Source: a virus (Duplodnaviria; Caudoviricetes). From it: a stretch of DNA of 64,000 nucleotides. The first letter of the stretch is position 1, and every line of letters starts with the position of its first letter. The notes beneath the pieces were generated by a model, which was given only the letters and a program-made list of their open reading frames with translations, ran no database searches and had not been told where the DNA came from. This document shows, in pieces, positions 10,544-19,778 of the stretch. The stretch is from IMG/VR virus record IMGVR_UViG_3300042860_004240, positions 17,066 through 81,065 of that record; one strand, written 5' to 3'. Both the position numbers and the translations under genes were made by a program.

Positions 10544-12388
10544 ATGATAGAATATTCCTTAATCCAAGATCAAGATAAATATGTTGCAGTTCGCAGCACT
10601 GTAAAATCTATGAATCTTGACCATGTTACTGATAAAGATCTTTCATCTTTTTTCACTAATTTTTCAAAATATGCTCACTTTGATACTGGCTTGTTGCCTC
10701 TTGACGGAACTGGCCTTTTGGCTTACCGGCAAGCGGGTAACCACGCACAAATTGTAGTTCAAACAGCTCCTGCCGTTTCTAGAATCTTATGGGGTGAATC
10801 AGAAGGTGGCAGAGTCCAAACATACTTTTTGGCTCAACCTTACAAGATATATATTGGAGATATACTAGACGGTAACTTTTATGGTGCTAGAATATTTTAT
10901 TCTTACAATCCTATAACATCTCCTTCTCAAGAACTTTATCATACTAATCTTCCAAACATGAACTGTAGAGGCTACAGGGGCAACGCAGTTGGCTGGGTGT
11001 GCTTGTATCATACTTCTGATTGGAGCAATATTCCTCTTGGAGAAAAAGTTGCAAGATTAATTGAAAGATGTTCTGGTGATGAAGCTTACAATGATCGCAA
11101 TATGAGCGAAACAGATGGACCTCGCTTTTATGCTATGAATAAAAAGCCTAGCTATTTGTCTAACCCAGTTGAATGGGAACAGAAAACTACTGAAGAAGGA
11201 TTTTTGTGGACTTTGAATGAAGGAACTTGGATACCAGTTCTAGTTCAAGATCAAGATCATCAAGATAAACATTACGAAGATGGCATTCCTTTAACTTTGG
11301 GAATGGCTTTGACTGGTGACTATCAAGCTTATTACACAGATAACATTAAAACTAAGCCAGTAAACAAAATAGCTCGAAAAGATAAAACATTTGATGAAGA
11401 TTATGTTTTTACTTTAGTTAAAAAGTCTTATGAACTTTCTAGATTAAAAGAACCAAAACCTGATAATCTAGATCCATATACTTATGTCCAAAAAGTTCGT
11501 GATACTCATGCTCTTTCATCTAATCCTAATGGTAACGGTAACAGCGATAACGAAGAACACGATGAAGATGAGCAATTCTTATGCATCCATTGTGAAGAGT
11601 ATTTTAGTTACAACGATGATAACCACACCGTTGTTGATGATGGCGTTCTTTGCCAAGATTGTTATAATGAAGAATATGTTTACTGCGAAAATGTTGGTAA
11701 AGATATTTCTATGCAAACAGGGAATGCTGTATATCTAGAAGAAATAGATATGTGGGTTGATGGTAATGGTCCTAACATAATTCATTGCACAGGATGTGGT
11801 CAAGTTCATTACAGCAAAAACGCTACTAATACCTTTATGGTATTTTTGAATTCTGAAACCCAAGAGTATGATTCTTGTACACAATGCTATGAATATTCTG
11901 CACAGCTTATTCAAGCAGATTGTGCAGTTTGCACTAAACCACTTCCAATGGGAAGCCAATATAGCTCTTATGTAAACTCTATATCTTTTATTGATCAAGA
12001 CACTTCTCAAGTCAAAACAGCTCACATGCACAACGATTGCTCTGTTAAAGCAGCTTCAATTGTTTGTCCTTGTGGAAAATTAAGACATGGTGAACCTTTT
12101 GGTTATGAACAAATTGTTTCTCCTGAATCCATTAAAGATATAGATTCATTTACAATGATAACTCTTAAAGATCCTTTTGATCCTTTAGCTTTAATTGCAA
12201 ATTATAATAATGTCGAAAAGACTCTCAATACTGTTCCATCCTGTCAAAACGTTTGCGCTTCGTGCGTATGCTTTGATCAAGAATCTATGTCTTACAATTA
12301 TGATCCTAGTAAGTTTGATTTTCAACATTATGAATCTCTTACTAGTTTAATTTCAAAAGCCCTTAATCAAGAACAAACACAATTATAA
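10544..12388 (+). CDS. Prokaryotic E2 (family D / PRTRC-B-like) domain fused to a Cys-rich multi-zinc-ribbon region
   Basis: 'QPYKIY...IFYS..PI.S..QELYHTNLPN...GWVCL' fits the LY..P.PN...G.vC pattern of Prok-E2_D; many CxxC in the C-terminal half; adjacent to JAB, E1 and Ubl. Confidence 0.65.
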   Translation: MIEYSLIQDQDKYVAVRSTVKSMNLDHVTDKDLSSFFTNFSKYAHFDTGLLPLDGTGLLAYRQAGNHAQIVVQTAPAVSRILWGESEGGRVQTYFLAQPYKIYIGDILDGNFYGARIFYSYNPITSPSQELYHTNLPNMNCRGYRGNAVGWVCLYHTSDWSNIPLGEKVARLIERCSGDEAYNDRNMSETDGPRFYAMNKKPSYLSNPVEWEQKTTEEGFLWTLNEGTWIPVLVQDQDHQDKHYEDGIPLTLGMALTGDYQAYYTDNIKTKPVNKIARKDKTFDEDYVFTLVKKSYELSRLKEPKPDNLDPYTYVQKVRDTHALSSNPNGNGNSDNEEHDEDEQFLCIHCEEYFSYNDDNHTVVDDGVLCQDCYNEEYVYCENVGKDISMQTGNAVYLEEIDMWVDGNGPNIIHCTGCGQVHYSKNATNTFMVFLNSETQEYDSCTQCYEYSAQLIQADCAVCTKPLPMGSQYSSYVNSISFIDQDTSQVKTAHMHNDCSVKAASIVCPCGKLRHGEPFGYEQIVSPESIKDIDSFTMITLKDPFDPLALIANYNNVEKTLNTVPSCQNVCASCVCFDQESMSYNYDPSKFDFQHYESLTSLISKALNQEQTQL

Positions 12389-12399
12389 AGAAGGATATT

Positions 12400-14091
12400 A
12401 TGTCCAAAAAAAATGAAATAACAGAAGAAAAAGTATATACTTTAGAAGATTTAGATTATTTCTGGCTTCCAAATGGTTCTCCTTGTTTCCTTGGGAACAA
12501 AGAAAACATTTGTGATATTATAGAAAATTTAGGTATTAATATTTATTATTTAATATCTGATAAATCTACTTTTAAAGAATATACTCAAACTAAGCCAGCT
12601 ACTTGGACCAATGGTACTCAAGTCCCTGCTACAACAACTAAATACACTGAAGAATCTCGTGAAGCAGTTATATTTAAAGTTGTTAAAAATATGATCGGAA
12701 GAACTATTTCAGTTTCTAAAGATTCATTAGATGGGACTTATGTTGGCTTAGAGCCGCAAGCTATATATTCTCTTCCTCCAATTCCTATGAGTATCGTCAA
12801 CAAACTTGATGAATTCTTTAGATTAGTAGAAGCTCAGCTCGGCACTGAATCAATTGTCCTTTTGACTTTTGATTCTGCTAATCCAGATTCATCTGATTCT
12901 TGGGGTATTTTAGTTCCAGAACAAGAGAATACTTCAGTTCACTGCAAGTATGACCCAGATTCTATTGTAGCTATAAAGCCATATCATCTTTCTATTGTTG
13001 GATCAGTTCATTCTCATCCTGGAATGGCAGCTTATGCTTCTGGTACAGACCATGAAGATCAAGCAGACTTTGATGGTATCCATATTACTTATGGATGGCA
13101 AAAGAATGTTAATAATGGTGCTACTCAATATTACGCAGAAATGCAAATGGCAGGAACTGCTTTTGTTCTAGACATTGAAGATGTTTTTGATCTAGATCGA
13201 ACAGTAAAAGATCCTGATCCTGAAGTAATAGAATGGGCTCAAAATGTCTCAAAAAAAGCACTGCCCCCGTATTCGGCTACGGGGGTTACCAAGGGACAGC
13301 AGTACCAGCCTCTAACTCAGCCAACTATAGCAAGTTCTCCAACTATGGCGACGACTACAGCTGGTGGGGTAACTAGAAAGATCACAGATCTTGATATCCC
13401 CAAAGATGCTGTTCTTGTTGTAGAAGTAGATGATAAATCTATAGATCCTAAATGTCCACTTTGTGATTGGGAAGTATCAAATGTTGATCTTTCTAATTGC
13501 GTTTGCGGGGGATGCAACAATTATATAGCTACTCCTGGTGACACAGTACAAGAAATTATCGAACTAGTTACCTACGCTTATGAAATAAACAATGAAACTA
13601 CTTACAAAACCTATGGTGCACGTCCTGCATTTACCGATATTTATTACATGTGCAAAGATGTTAACATGGAGTTTATGTTTCTTCATATTTATGGAGAAAA
13701 AGTTACAGAAGAAAGTATTGCAAAACAAATTACAGCAAGCGCTTTAAATGATGATTATGATAACCCTTGGAACGCTTATGCTGAATATACTCTTTGTTGC
13801 AATACTCATATAGATTCAATAGCTGAAAGTTGCCCTTGCAATCCGACAGTTACTGTTGACGACATGTATGATTTTGAACTTAAGTTTCCTCAATTATTTG
13901 TGTATGACGACAGCTCTAACTGTAGTGCTTGTCAAAATTATTTACAACCTACATGTACTCCATATAGGAATTTAATAATTGATTGGGCTAAAACTGGAGA
14001 AGATCCATCTAGTCCTTTTATTGAAACATGCAAAGACTTCGTTGCGTATGATTCTCTTTATGCGTACGATAACGATAGATATCTAGATTAA
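12400..14091 (+). CDS. JAB/MPN+ metallo-isopeptidase with Cys-rich C-terminal domain
   Basis: Upstream Glu (GTESIVLL) and GSVHSHPGMAAYASGTD, matching HxH-x7-S-x2-D. Confidence 0.88.
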   Translation: MSKKNEITEEKVYTLEDLDYFWLPNGSPCFLGNKENICDIIENLGINIYYLISDKSTFKEYTQTKPATWTNGTQVPATTTKYTEESREAVIFKVVKNMIGRTISVSKDSLDGTYVGLEPQAIYSLPPIPMSIVNKLDEFFRLVEAQLGTESIVLLTFDSANPDSSDSWGILVPEQENTSVHCKYDPDSIVAIKPYHLSIVGSVHSHPGMAAYASGTDHEDQADFDGIHITYGWQKNVNNGATQYYAEMQMAGTAFVLDIEDVFDLDRTVKDPDPEVIEWAQNVSKKALPPYSATGVTKGQQYQPLTQPTIASSPTMATTTAGGVTRKITDLDIPKDAVLVVEVDDKSIDPKCPLCDWEVSNVDLSNCVCGGCNNYIATPGDTVQEIIELVTYAYEINNETTYKTYGARPAFTDIYYMCKDVNMEFMFLHIYGEKVTEESIAKQITASALNDDYDNPWNAYAEYTLCCNTHIDSIAESCPCNPTVTVDDMYDFELKFPQLFVYDDSSNCSACQNYLQPTCTPYRNLIIDWAKTGEDPSSPFIETCKDFVAYDSLYAYDNDRYLD

Positions 14092-14110
14092 ATTAAAAGA
14101 TTGGAAAAAA

Positions 14111-14878
14111 ATGTCAGATCAAAATGAAACAAAACAACATCGGTTTATACTCATCGGTGCTGGTGGAATTGGTACTTGGTTAGCTGCTGGTTTAGTGCGG
14201 CTACTAGAGTGGAAGTTCCCCGGCTCTGCATTGATTATAGTCGATGGTGACACCTATGAAGAAAAGAACAAAGAACGTCAAGACTTTACAAAAATTGGCA
14301 ATAAAGCCAGTGTTAAAGCATATGAGCTTTCTGTTCAATTTAACAACACCACTATTATCCCTGTACCAAAGTGGATAGTAGGCGAAAACTATGAAGGCGT
14401 TGCAGATAGCGATTCTCCTAAAATTAAAGCTTCAGATTTAATTGCTGAAGGAGACGTTGTTTTTGCTGTAGTAGATAACTTTGCTGCTAGGAAAATTATT
14501 TTTGACGCAGCAACTTCTATAGCAAACATAGACATTTTTACTGGCGGAAACGATGATGATTTGTTTGGCAGCATTTATCATTATCAGCGTAGGAATGGAG
14601 AAGACGTTACTGAACATCCAGTTAACTTCCATCCTGAATACGAAAATCCACCAGATAAAAACCCAGGAGAATTATCCTGTCAAGAAAGATCAGAGATAGA
14701 AGGAGGAACGCAATTGCTTGCAACAAACATGGCAGTTGCTTCGTTCTTGCTCGGTCGTGTACAGAAAACGATAGTTAATTCAGAAAGCCCTACAGAAGCA
14801 GAGATATACTTTGACTTAGGTGTAGGTAAAGCTGAACCATATGATCGTTCACCTGTAAAAGTTAATGCCAATATATAA
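14111..14878 (+). CDS. ThiF/E1-like activating enzyme
   Basis: IGAGGIG, VDGD-x4-KN-x2-RQ, NKA, VDNFAAR, and candidate catalytic Cys in LSCQE. Confidence 0.92.
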   Translation: MSDQNETKQHRFILIGAGGIGTWLAAGLVRLLEWKFPGSALIIVDGDTYEEKNKERQDFTKIGNKASVKAYELSVQFNNTTIIPVPKWIVGENYEGVADSDSPKIKASDLIAEGDVVFAVVDNFAARKIIFDAATSIANIDIFTGGNDDDLFGSIYHYQRRNGEDVTEHPVNFHPEYENPPDKNPGELSCQERSEIEGGTQLLATNMAVASFLLGRVQKTIVNSESPTEAEIYFDLGVGKAEPYDRSPVKVNANI

Positions 14879-14902
14879 ATAATCCCAACAAGGAGAATAA
14901 CA

Positions 14903-15157
14903 ATGCAAATTAATAGCAACAACAATGAAAACGCATCAGGGGGTGTAGCAAACGTCCGTTTTGGCGTTTACTCACAAGCTAGCCCTGTTGCTGGAAAGAG
15001 CATCAAAGAAATTCGTGAACAGTTTTCTAAACTGTGGGGAATTCCTTCTGACGCTACAGCTTACAAGGGTAAGGACAAGATGGACGAAGACTACGTTGTC
15101 CAGCAGAATGACAACCTTGAGTTCCACCGCCGTGCTGGTGAAAAAGGTAGTCTCTAA
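14903..15157 (+). CDS. Ubiquitin-like (beta-grasp) protein ending GEKG-SL
   Basis: 84 aa with a beta-grasp-like pattern (...DEDYVVQQNDNLEFHRRAGEKG); strong AAGGAG RBS; directly after E1. Confidence 0.8.
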   Translation: MQINSNNNENASGGVANVRFGVYSQASPVAGKSIKEIREQFSKLWGIPSDATAYKGKDKMDEDYVVQQNDNLEFHRRAGEKGSL

Positions 15158-15169
15158 ATTTAAAAGATC

Positions 15170-15225
15170 GTGGGGGGATTTTAAAGATAACAATGCTTTA
15201 TTAAATCCTCTGGATGTCCCCCCAC
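15170..15225 (+). other. Intergenic stem-loop between the Ubl and AAA genes
   Basis: GTGGGGGGA (15170-15178) pairs with TCCCCCCAC (15217-15225). Confidence 0.6.
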
Positions 15226-15240
15226 TTATACCCTTTATGA

Positions 15241-16869
15241 ATGGAATATATGATACTCGAACAAATTAAATTAGGAACTCCACTATTGTGGATTAAAACA
15301 GAAGATATTGACAGGATTAATGACTTTGTAATTAATTCTAAAATTAGAGATTTTTATAGCATTATTCCAAATTTAGGTTTTTCCAAATTAGTAGATAAAA
15401 CCTGGAAACCAGTATTAGTAGATTTTCCTAATCCAGACGATGGAAGCATTACTCAAGACACAACATACGATTTTGTTGTTGCTTACCAGCACTTGAAGAA
15501 GACCAACGAAAGTATGTCTTCAATTGCTTTTATTCATAGCTTTTATACTGATCCAAAAAGCTTTCTTGAAGCATACGGCCCAGTTATGTCTTCATTCAAC
15601 CACTTTTATAGGAACTCTTTCTTTGCAGATGATGTAACCCTTCTGCCAATGCAAAATATATTTATTTCAAGTTTTGATTGCCCGGAAGAGTATGCTTCTA
15701 TTTTTAGTATCAATAATTCTGAGCCTTTATCTATAGGAGAAATGCTTGAAATTTTGAACCACTTTGCTACCATAAGCGACAATTTGTTTGTAGAAGATGG
15801 TACCGCACAAGATATTGCTCGCAGTGCATTAGGTTTATCTGAGTCTGTTTTTATTAATCTTTGTTTACTTTCTATTATTAAAAACAAAGTAATATCTTCT
15901 AAGTATATTTATGACACTAAAATGTCTAAAATAAAACAGAGTGGAATTTTAGAAATCATTAAACCTAAAATGACATTTGATAATATCGGTGGATTAGATA
16001 ATGCTAAAGATATTATCAAGAAGAATGTATGGTTGTGGAATAACCCAGAAGAAGCTAAGAAATTTGGTGTTCAGCCTATTAGAAGAATACTAATGGTTGG
16101 AGTTCCAGGTACTGGCAAGTCTGCTATTTGTGAAGCTACTGCTCATGAATTAGGTCTTGATTTGGCTAGAACTGGAGTCAGCCAAGTTATGAATTCTTTT
16201 GTTGGTCAATCAGAAGCCAACATGAGAGCTGTCTTTAACCAGATTAAAGTTATGGCTCCTTTGTGTGTTTGGATCGATGAGTTTGGTCGTGATATGTCAG
16301 GCGGTCAAAGTTCTTCCCATGTAGATGGTGGTACTACCGACAGAGTTCACGGTGAATTTCTAACTGGTCTTCAAGAACTTCCTGAAAATGTTTTTCTTAT
16401 TTGTGCAGCAAACCAGATTGAAAATCTAAAACCAGAAATGCTTAGAGCAGAACGTTTTGACAAGATTATATTTGTTGGTTTACCTTCACAATCAGAGCGT
16501 AAAGAAATAATTAAAATACATCTTTCTAATATTCAAACTGATCACAATTGGGATCTTGACGCTCTTGCTGAATCTACTACTGGATTTACCGGTGCAGAAA
16601 TAAAGTCTTTAATTAAAGAAACTAACTTCTATGTTGTTTCTTCTGAATTGCGAACTTTAAATACTAATGATATACTTATAAAAGCACCAAAGATGCGTAA
16701 TATACTTTGGAATAAGAATAGAGATTCTATTATAGGATTGTACAAGTCCGCTATTGAACAATGGGACTTTGCTTCATCTTCTCAACTAGAAGATGCCTCT
16801 AAAGTTATTTCTGGTAATTACACTTCTAGAGGTACAGCTAAACCTACGCCTCAAAAATCTAGTTGGTAA
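15241..16869 (+). CDS. AAA+ ATPase (Ycf46-like)
   Basis: FDNIGGLD, Walker A GVPGTGKS, Walker B VWIDE, SRH 'AAN...LKPEMLRAERFD', lid 'GFTGAEI'. Confidence 0.93.
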   Translation: MEYMILEQIKLGTPLLWIKTEDIDRINDFVINSKIRDFYSIIPNLGFSKLVDKTWKPVLVDFPNPDDGSITQDTTYDFVVAYQHLKKTNESMSSIAFIHSFYTDPKSFLEAYGPVMSSFNHFYRNSFFADDVTLLPMQNIFISSFDCPEEYASIFSINNSEPLSIGEMLEILNHFATISDNLFVEDGTAQDIARSALGLSESVFINLCLLSIIKNKVISSKYIYDTKMSKIKQSGILEIIKPKMTFDNIGGLDNAKDIIKKNVWLWNNPEEAKKFGVQPIRRILMVGVPGTGKSAICEATAHELGLDLARTGVSQVMNSFVGQSEANMRAVFNQIKVMAPLCVWIDEFGRDMSGGQSSSHVDGGTTDRVHGEFLTGLQELPENVFLICAANQIENLKPEMLRAERFDKIIFVGLPSQSERKEIIKIHLSNIQTDHNWDLDALAESTTGFTGAEIKSLIKETNFYVVSSELRTLNTNDILIKAPKMRNILWNKNRDSIIGLYKSAIEQWDFASSSQLEDASKVISGNYTSRGTAKPTPQKSSW

Positions 16870-16881
16870 CAGGAGAAACAA

Positions 16882-17508
16882 ATGTCTAATTTTGATGTAA
16901 AAGAATTTTTAAATGGAATTGATCAAGAAGGTTCAGATGAACTTAATCCAATTCCACCAAAGCAGTTTACCACTGAACTCTACAAAAAATGGTTTCGTTC
17001 AAAAACGAGCAGTGGCTTCTTAGCTATTAAGCCTTGGTTTGAAGGAATGAAATTTAAAATTGATATTGGTAAAACTGCTCCAGAAGGCAAGTTAATTAGT
17101 TCTACTAATGTTTATCTTGACGCTTTTGATTTTGCAGCTTATCTAAAGTCAATAGCAAACGGAACTGCAATTACCAATTATCCAGCCAATGAAAGAACTG
17201 GTATTCCTTCTCCTGAAGGATTCTCTTCTTACGGTGGTTCTGAGATTAATGGTAAGCCTGTTAGTAGAATCTTTAAGTCCCACTATTGGCAAAATGGTGA
17301 TTCTTTTGATCCTAACGCTTTTGCTTGGAAGTGTGGCCATTTTGCAGCACGCAAGTCTGAAAGTGGAGCTTTCATACCAGATTTAAAATCACCTATATCT
17401 GTTGATTTTATTAAAGTTACAAGACAAGATATATGTTCTATATCATATCTTTTAGATTTATCTTTAGCAGCTTACGTAGCAAACAACTCAGATTGGTATG
17501 AACAATGA
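16882..17508 (+). CDS. Hypothetical protein
   Basis: 208-aa ORF with AGGAG RBS in the Ubl operon. Confidence 0.7.
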   Translation: MSNFDVKEFLNGIDQEGSDELNPIPPKQFTTELYKKWFRSKTSSGFLAIKPWFEGMKFKIDIGKTAPEGKLISSTNVYLDAFDFAAYLKSIANGTAITNYPANERTGIPSPEGFSSYGGSEINGKPVSRIFKSHYWQNGDSFDPNAFAWKCGHFAARKSESGAFIPDLKSPISVDFIKVTRQDICSISYLLDLSLAAYVANNSDWYEQ

Positions 17509-17924
17509 CCGAATACGAAGAACTAGGCGATGCCTACTCTCTTGACGAAGACTTGCTTAACAAGCACATTCAAGACATTGATTACAAAGACCAAGTAGAA
17601 CAGGTTTTGATGACTTTGGCTTCTACTTTAGAAGGTAGATTGCAAGAGTTTGAAAAGTACTTGGAAAATTTTGAAAAACAAATTGCTACTCTTGTAATTG
17701 GTTTTGGCGAACAAGCTGTTTTTATGGATGCATTGATAGCGCAAATGGCTTTTTCTTCTGAAGAATCTAAGAAGGCATTTCACGATACTATAAACAAGTC
17801 TCGCAAACAAATGCTAGAGATAATGAAAGAAGGAGCTAATGACCTCTTGGGCTCAAGTGATCCAGGAATTTCGTCAGCCATTGAGAGCTTGGCTAGCGAA
17901 CAGCTATCTAACTTTACCGAATAA
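17505..17924 (+). CDS. Hypothetical coiled-coil protein
   Basis: ATGA overlap with the upstream gene. Confidence 0.7.
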   Translation: MTEYEELGDAYSLDEDLLNKHIQDIDYKDQVEQVLMTLASTLEGRLQEFEKYLENFEKQIATLVIGFGEQAVFMDALIAQMAFSSEESKKAFHDTINKSRKQMLEIMKEGANDLLGSSDPGISSAIESLASEQLSNFTE

Positions 17925-18135
17925 TGGTATATCGATATTGTTTTTAAATGACAACAGTCATAAAATGATATCTAATAATTTGTATTATATTAATCAAATA
18001 TACCCTTTAGTCCAAAAAGTTAGTCCAGATATATTTTCTTTGTTTTTTATTTCTGATGATTCTTTAATAAACCATTTAAAAAATGATGCTATTTCTTTTA
18101 GCCATTTTGAAAAACAATCTTTAAGTTAGGAACAC

Positions 18136-18825
18136 ATGTCTTCTCAAGTTATATTACCTTTAAGTAAATTTAATAAAAAACATATTGACACAATAGTAAA
18201 TCATAATCAACTTGTAAAGATTAATCAATCTACTTTTGATTCTTTAAAGTTAAATGATTTTGATTCTCTTAAGTCAATATATTTATCGCCAAATATACAA
18301 CAAAATAATATTACTGTAGGTTATTATTTCAGCGATGAACTACGTCAATATTTTCAACAAGTTATCACTGATAATACAACTACTAAAAATAACTTACCAG
18401 TTTTATCAACAGATTTAACTAGAACTTACATTTATCCTTTTTCTGCTGATGAATATAAAGCTCAACATCTTGCTGGATATTCTCCATATGAACAAGATTT
18501 TTTATTTAATATCTTTTTGAATAAAGATGATCTTCCTATATTTAATAGGATAATAGACTGTAATTCTTATCTGATAATCATGGCTATTCCTTTAACTGTT
18601 GAAGAACATAAAATATTTTCCTATCAGTGGAAATCTGTTTATTCTATTAATGCAATACTCCCTAATCTTGCGACTATTGAAAAAGTTTATAAGTCTTATA
18701 TAAAAGAATTAGATTATTATTATGGACAAAATGAACAACTTTTAGAAGAAAACAACAATTTGAAACAACAACTTAACTTTTTAACTGAAGAGCTTATTAA
18801 GAGCAATAAAGTTACTTGGAATTAA
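18136..18825 (+). CDS. Hypothetical protein with C-terminal coiled coil
   Basis: 229-aa ORF with AGGA RBS. Confidence 0.65.
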   Translation: MSSQVILPLSKFNKKHIDTIVNHNQLVKINQSTFDSLKLNDFDSLKSIYLSPNIQQNNITVGYYFSDELRQYFQQVITDNTTTKNNLPVLSTDLTRTYIYPFSADEYKAQHLAGYSPYEQDFLFNIFLNKDDLPIFNRIIDCNSYLIIMAIPLTVEEHKIFSYQWKSVYSINAILPNLATIEKVYKSYIKELDYYYGQNEQLLEENNNLKQQLNFLTEELIKSNKVTWN

Positions 18826-18852
18826 AAATTACAACTATTTAAGGACTATTAT

Positions 18853-19764
18853 ATGGATAACAAAATTTCTCTTGATGATTCAACTCAATTTATTCAAAGA
18901 GACCGGGTTTTTAACATTTGCGATTACAAACAAGCAAATAAAAAGAATGGTTCTAATATAGATATCCCTTCTGGGTATTCTTATATTTATTATCATTCCC
19001 GTGAAAGCGAAGCTATTGATGTCTTTTATAATAATGAAAATTTGAATCAGGATTATTCTTATCAAATTTCTTCAATAAAAGAAGATAATTTTTCTACAAT
19101 CATGAAAGATATCGTCCAGCATTACGAAAAGGCATCCCCTAATTCTTTAACTGCTGAGCAAAAGCAGCGGATTCCTTTTACTTTAAGCGTTTTGAATTTC
19201 TTGTATAATGAATACACTAATCAGTATGTTTACATTATAGACACTAATTTAATAGCTAGTTTTTCTAAAAAAGTTGCTGTTTATTCTGTTTGTAAGTCTT
19301 TTAGCAATCCTCAAAATAAGCAATATTCTGATACTTATCAATACGCTAACGACACCTACGCTAACAATTGTTCTAATAAAAATGTTGTTAAATTGAGCGT
19401 TACTGCTGTCGTTCCTTGCGTTTTTGCTAACCAAACACAATGTAATTTTTACGAAAAAAATCTTACAGTATTAAAAACTGAATTAATAATTGACAAAATA
19501 AACCAAACAGATTCTATATTGTACACTCTTCAAAAAGAGTACTTTTCAGATAGATCTTTAGTTTATACTATAAAATCAGAACACTCTACTGCTTTGGTGT
19601 TTACCCACGATTCTGTATCAACATCAGATTTTGAGCTGTACGATCAAGAAGCAATAATTGTATTTGATAATTTTATATCAGAAACTGCAAATGCTATTCT
19701 TGAATCTTCTCATCTTGCTAATGCTACCGAAACAAAAAATAGCTATTTGATGAGCTTAATTTAA
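18853..19764 (+). CDS. Hypothetical protein
   Basis: 303-aa ORF with AAGGA RBS; several Cys. Confidence 0.65.
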   Translation: MDNKISLDDSTQFIQRDRVFNICDYKQANKKNGSNIDIPSGYSYIYYHSRESEAIDVFYNNENLNQDYSYQISSIKEDNFSTIMKDIVQHYEKASPNSLTAEQKQRIPFTLSVLNFLYNEYTNQYVYIIDTNLIASFSKKVAVYSVCKSFSNPQNKQYSDTYQYANDTYANNCSNKNVVKLSVTAVVPCVFANQTQCNFYEKNLTVLKTELIIDKINQTDSILYTLQKEYFSDRSLVYTIKSEHSTALVFTHDSVSTSDFELYDQEAIIVFDNFISETANAILESSHLANATETKNSYLMSLI

Positions 19765-19778
19765 GGAGCTTTATTAAA

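Noticed and set aside
14111-15157. ThiF/ThiS or MoeB/MoaD sulfur-carrier pathway
   Set aside because: No cofactor-biosynthesis genes nearby; neighbours are E2-like, JAB and AAA+ genes, and the Ubl does not end in GG.
14961-15269. 102-aa alternate-frame ORF overlapping Ubl as a frameshift product linking to the AAA gene
   Set aside because: No slippery site or in-frame CGG at a junction, and it is not in frame with the AAA gene.
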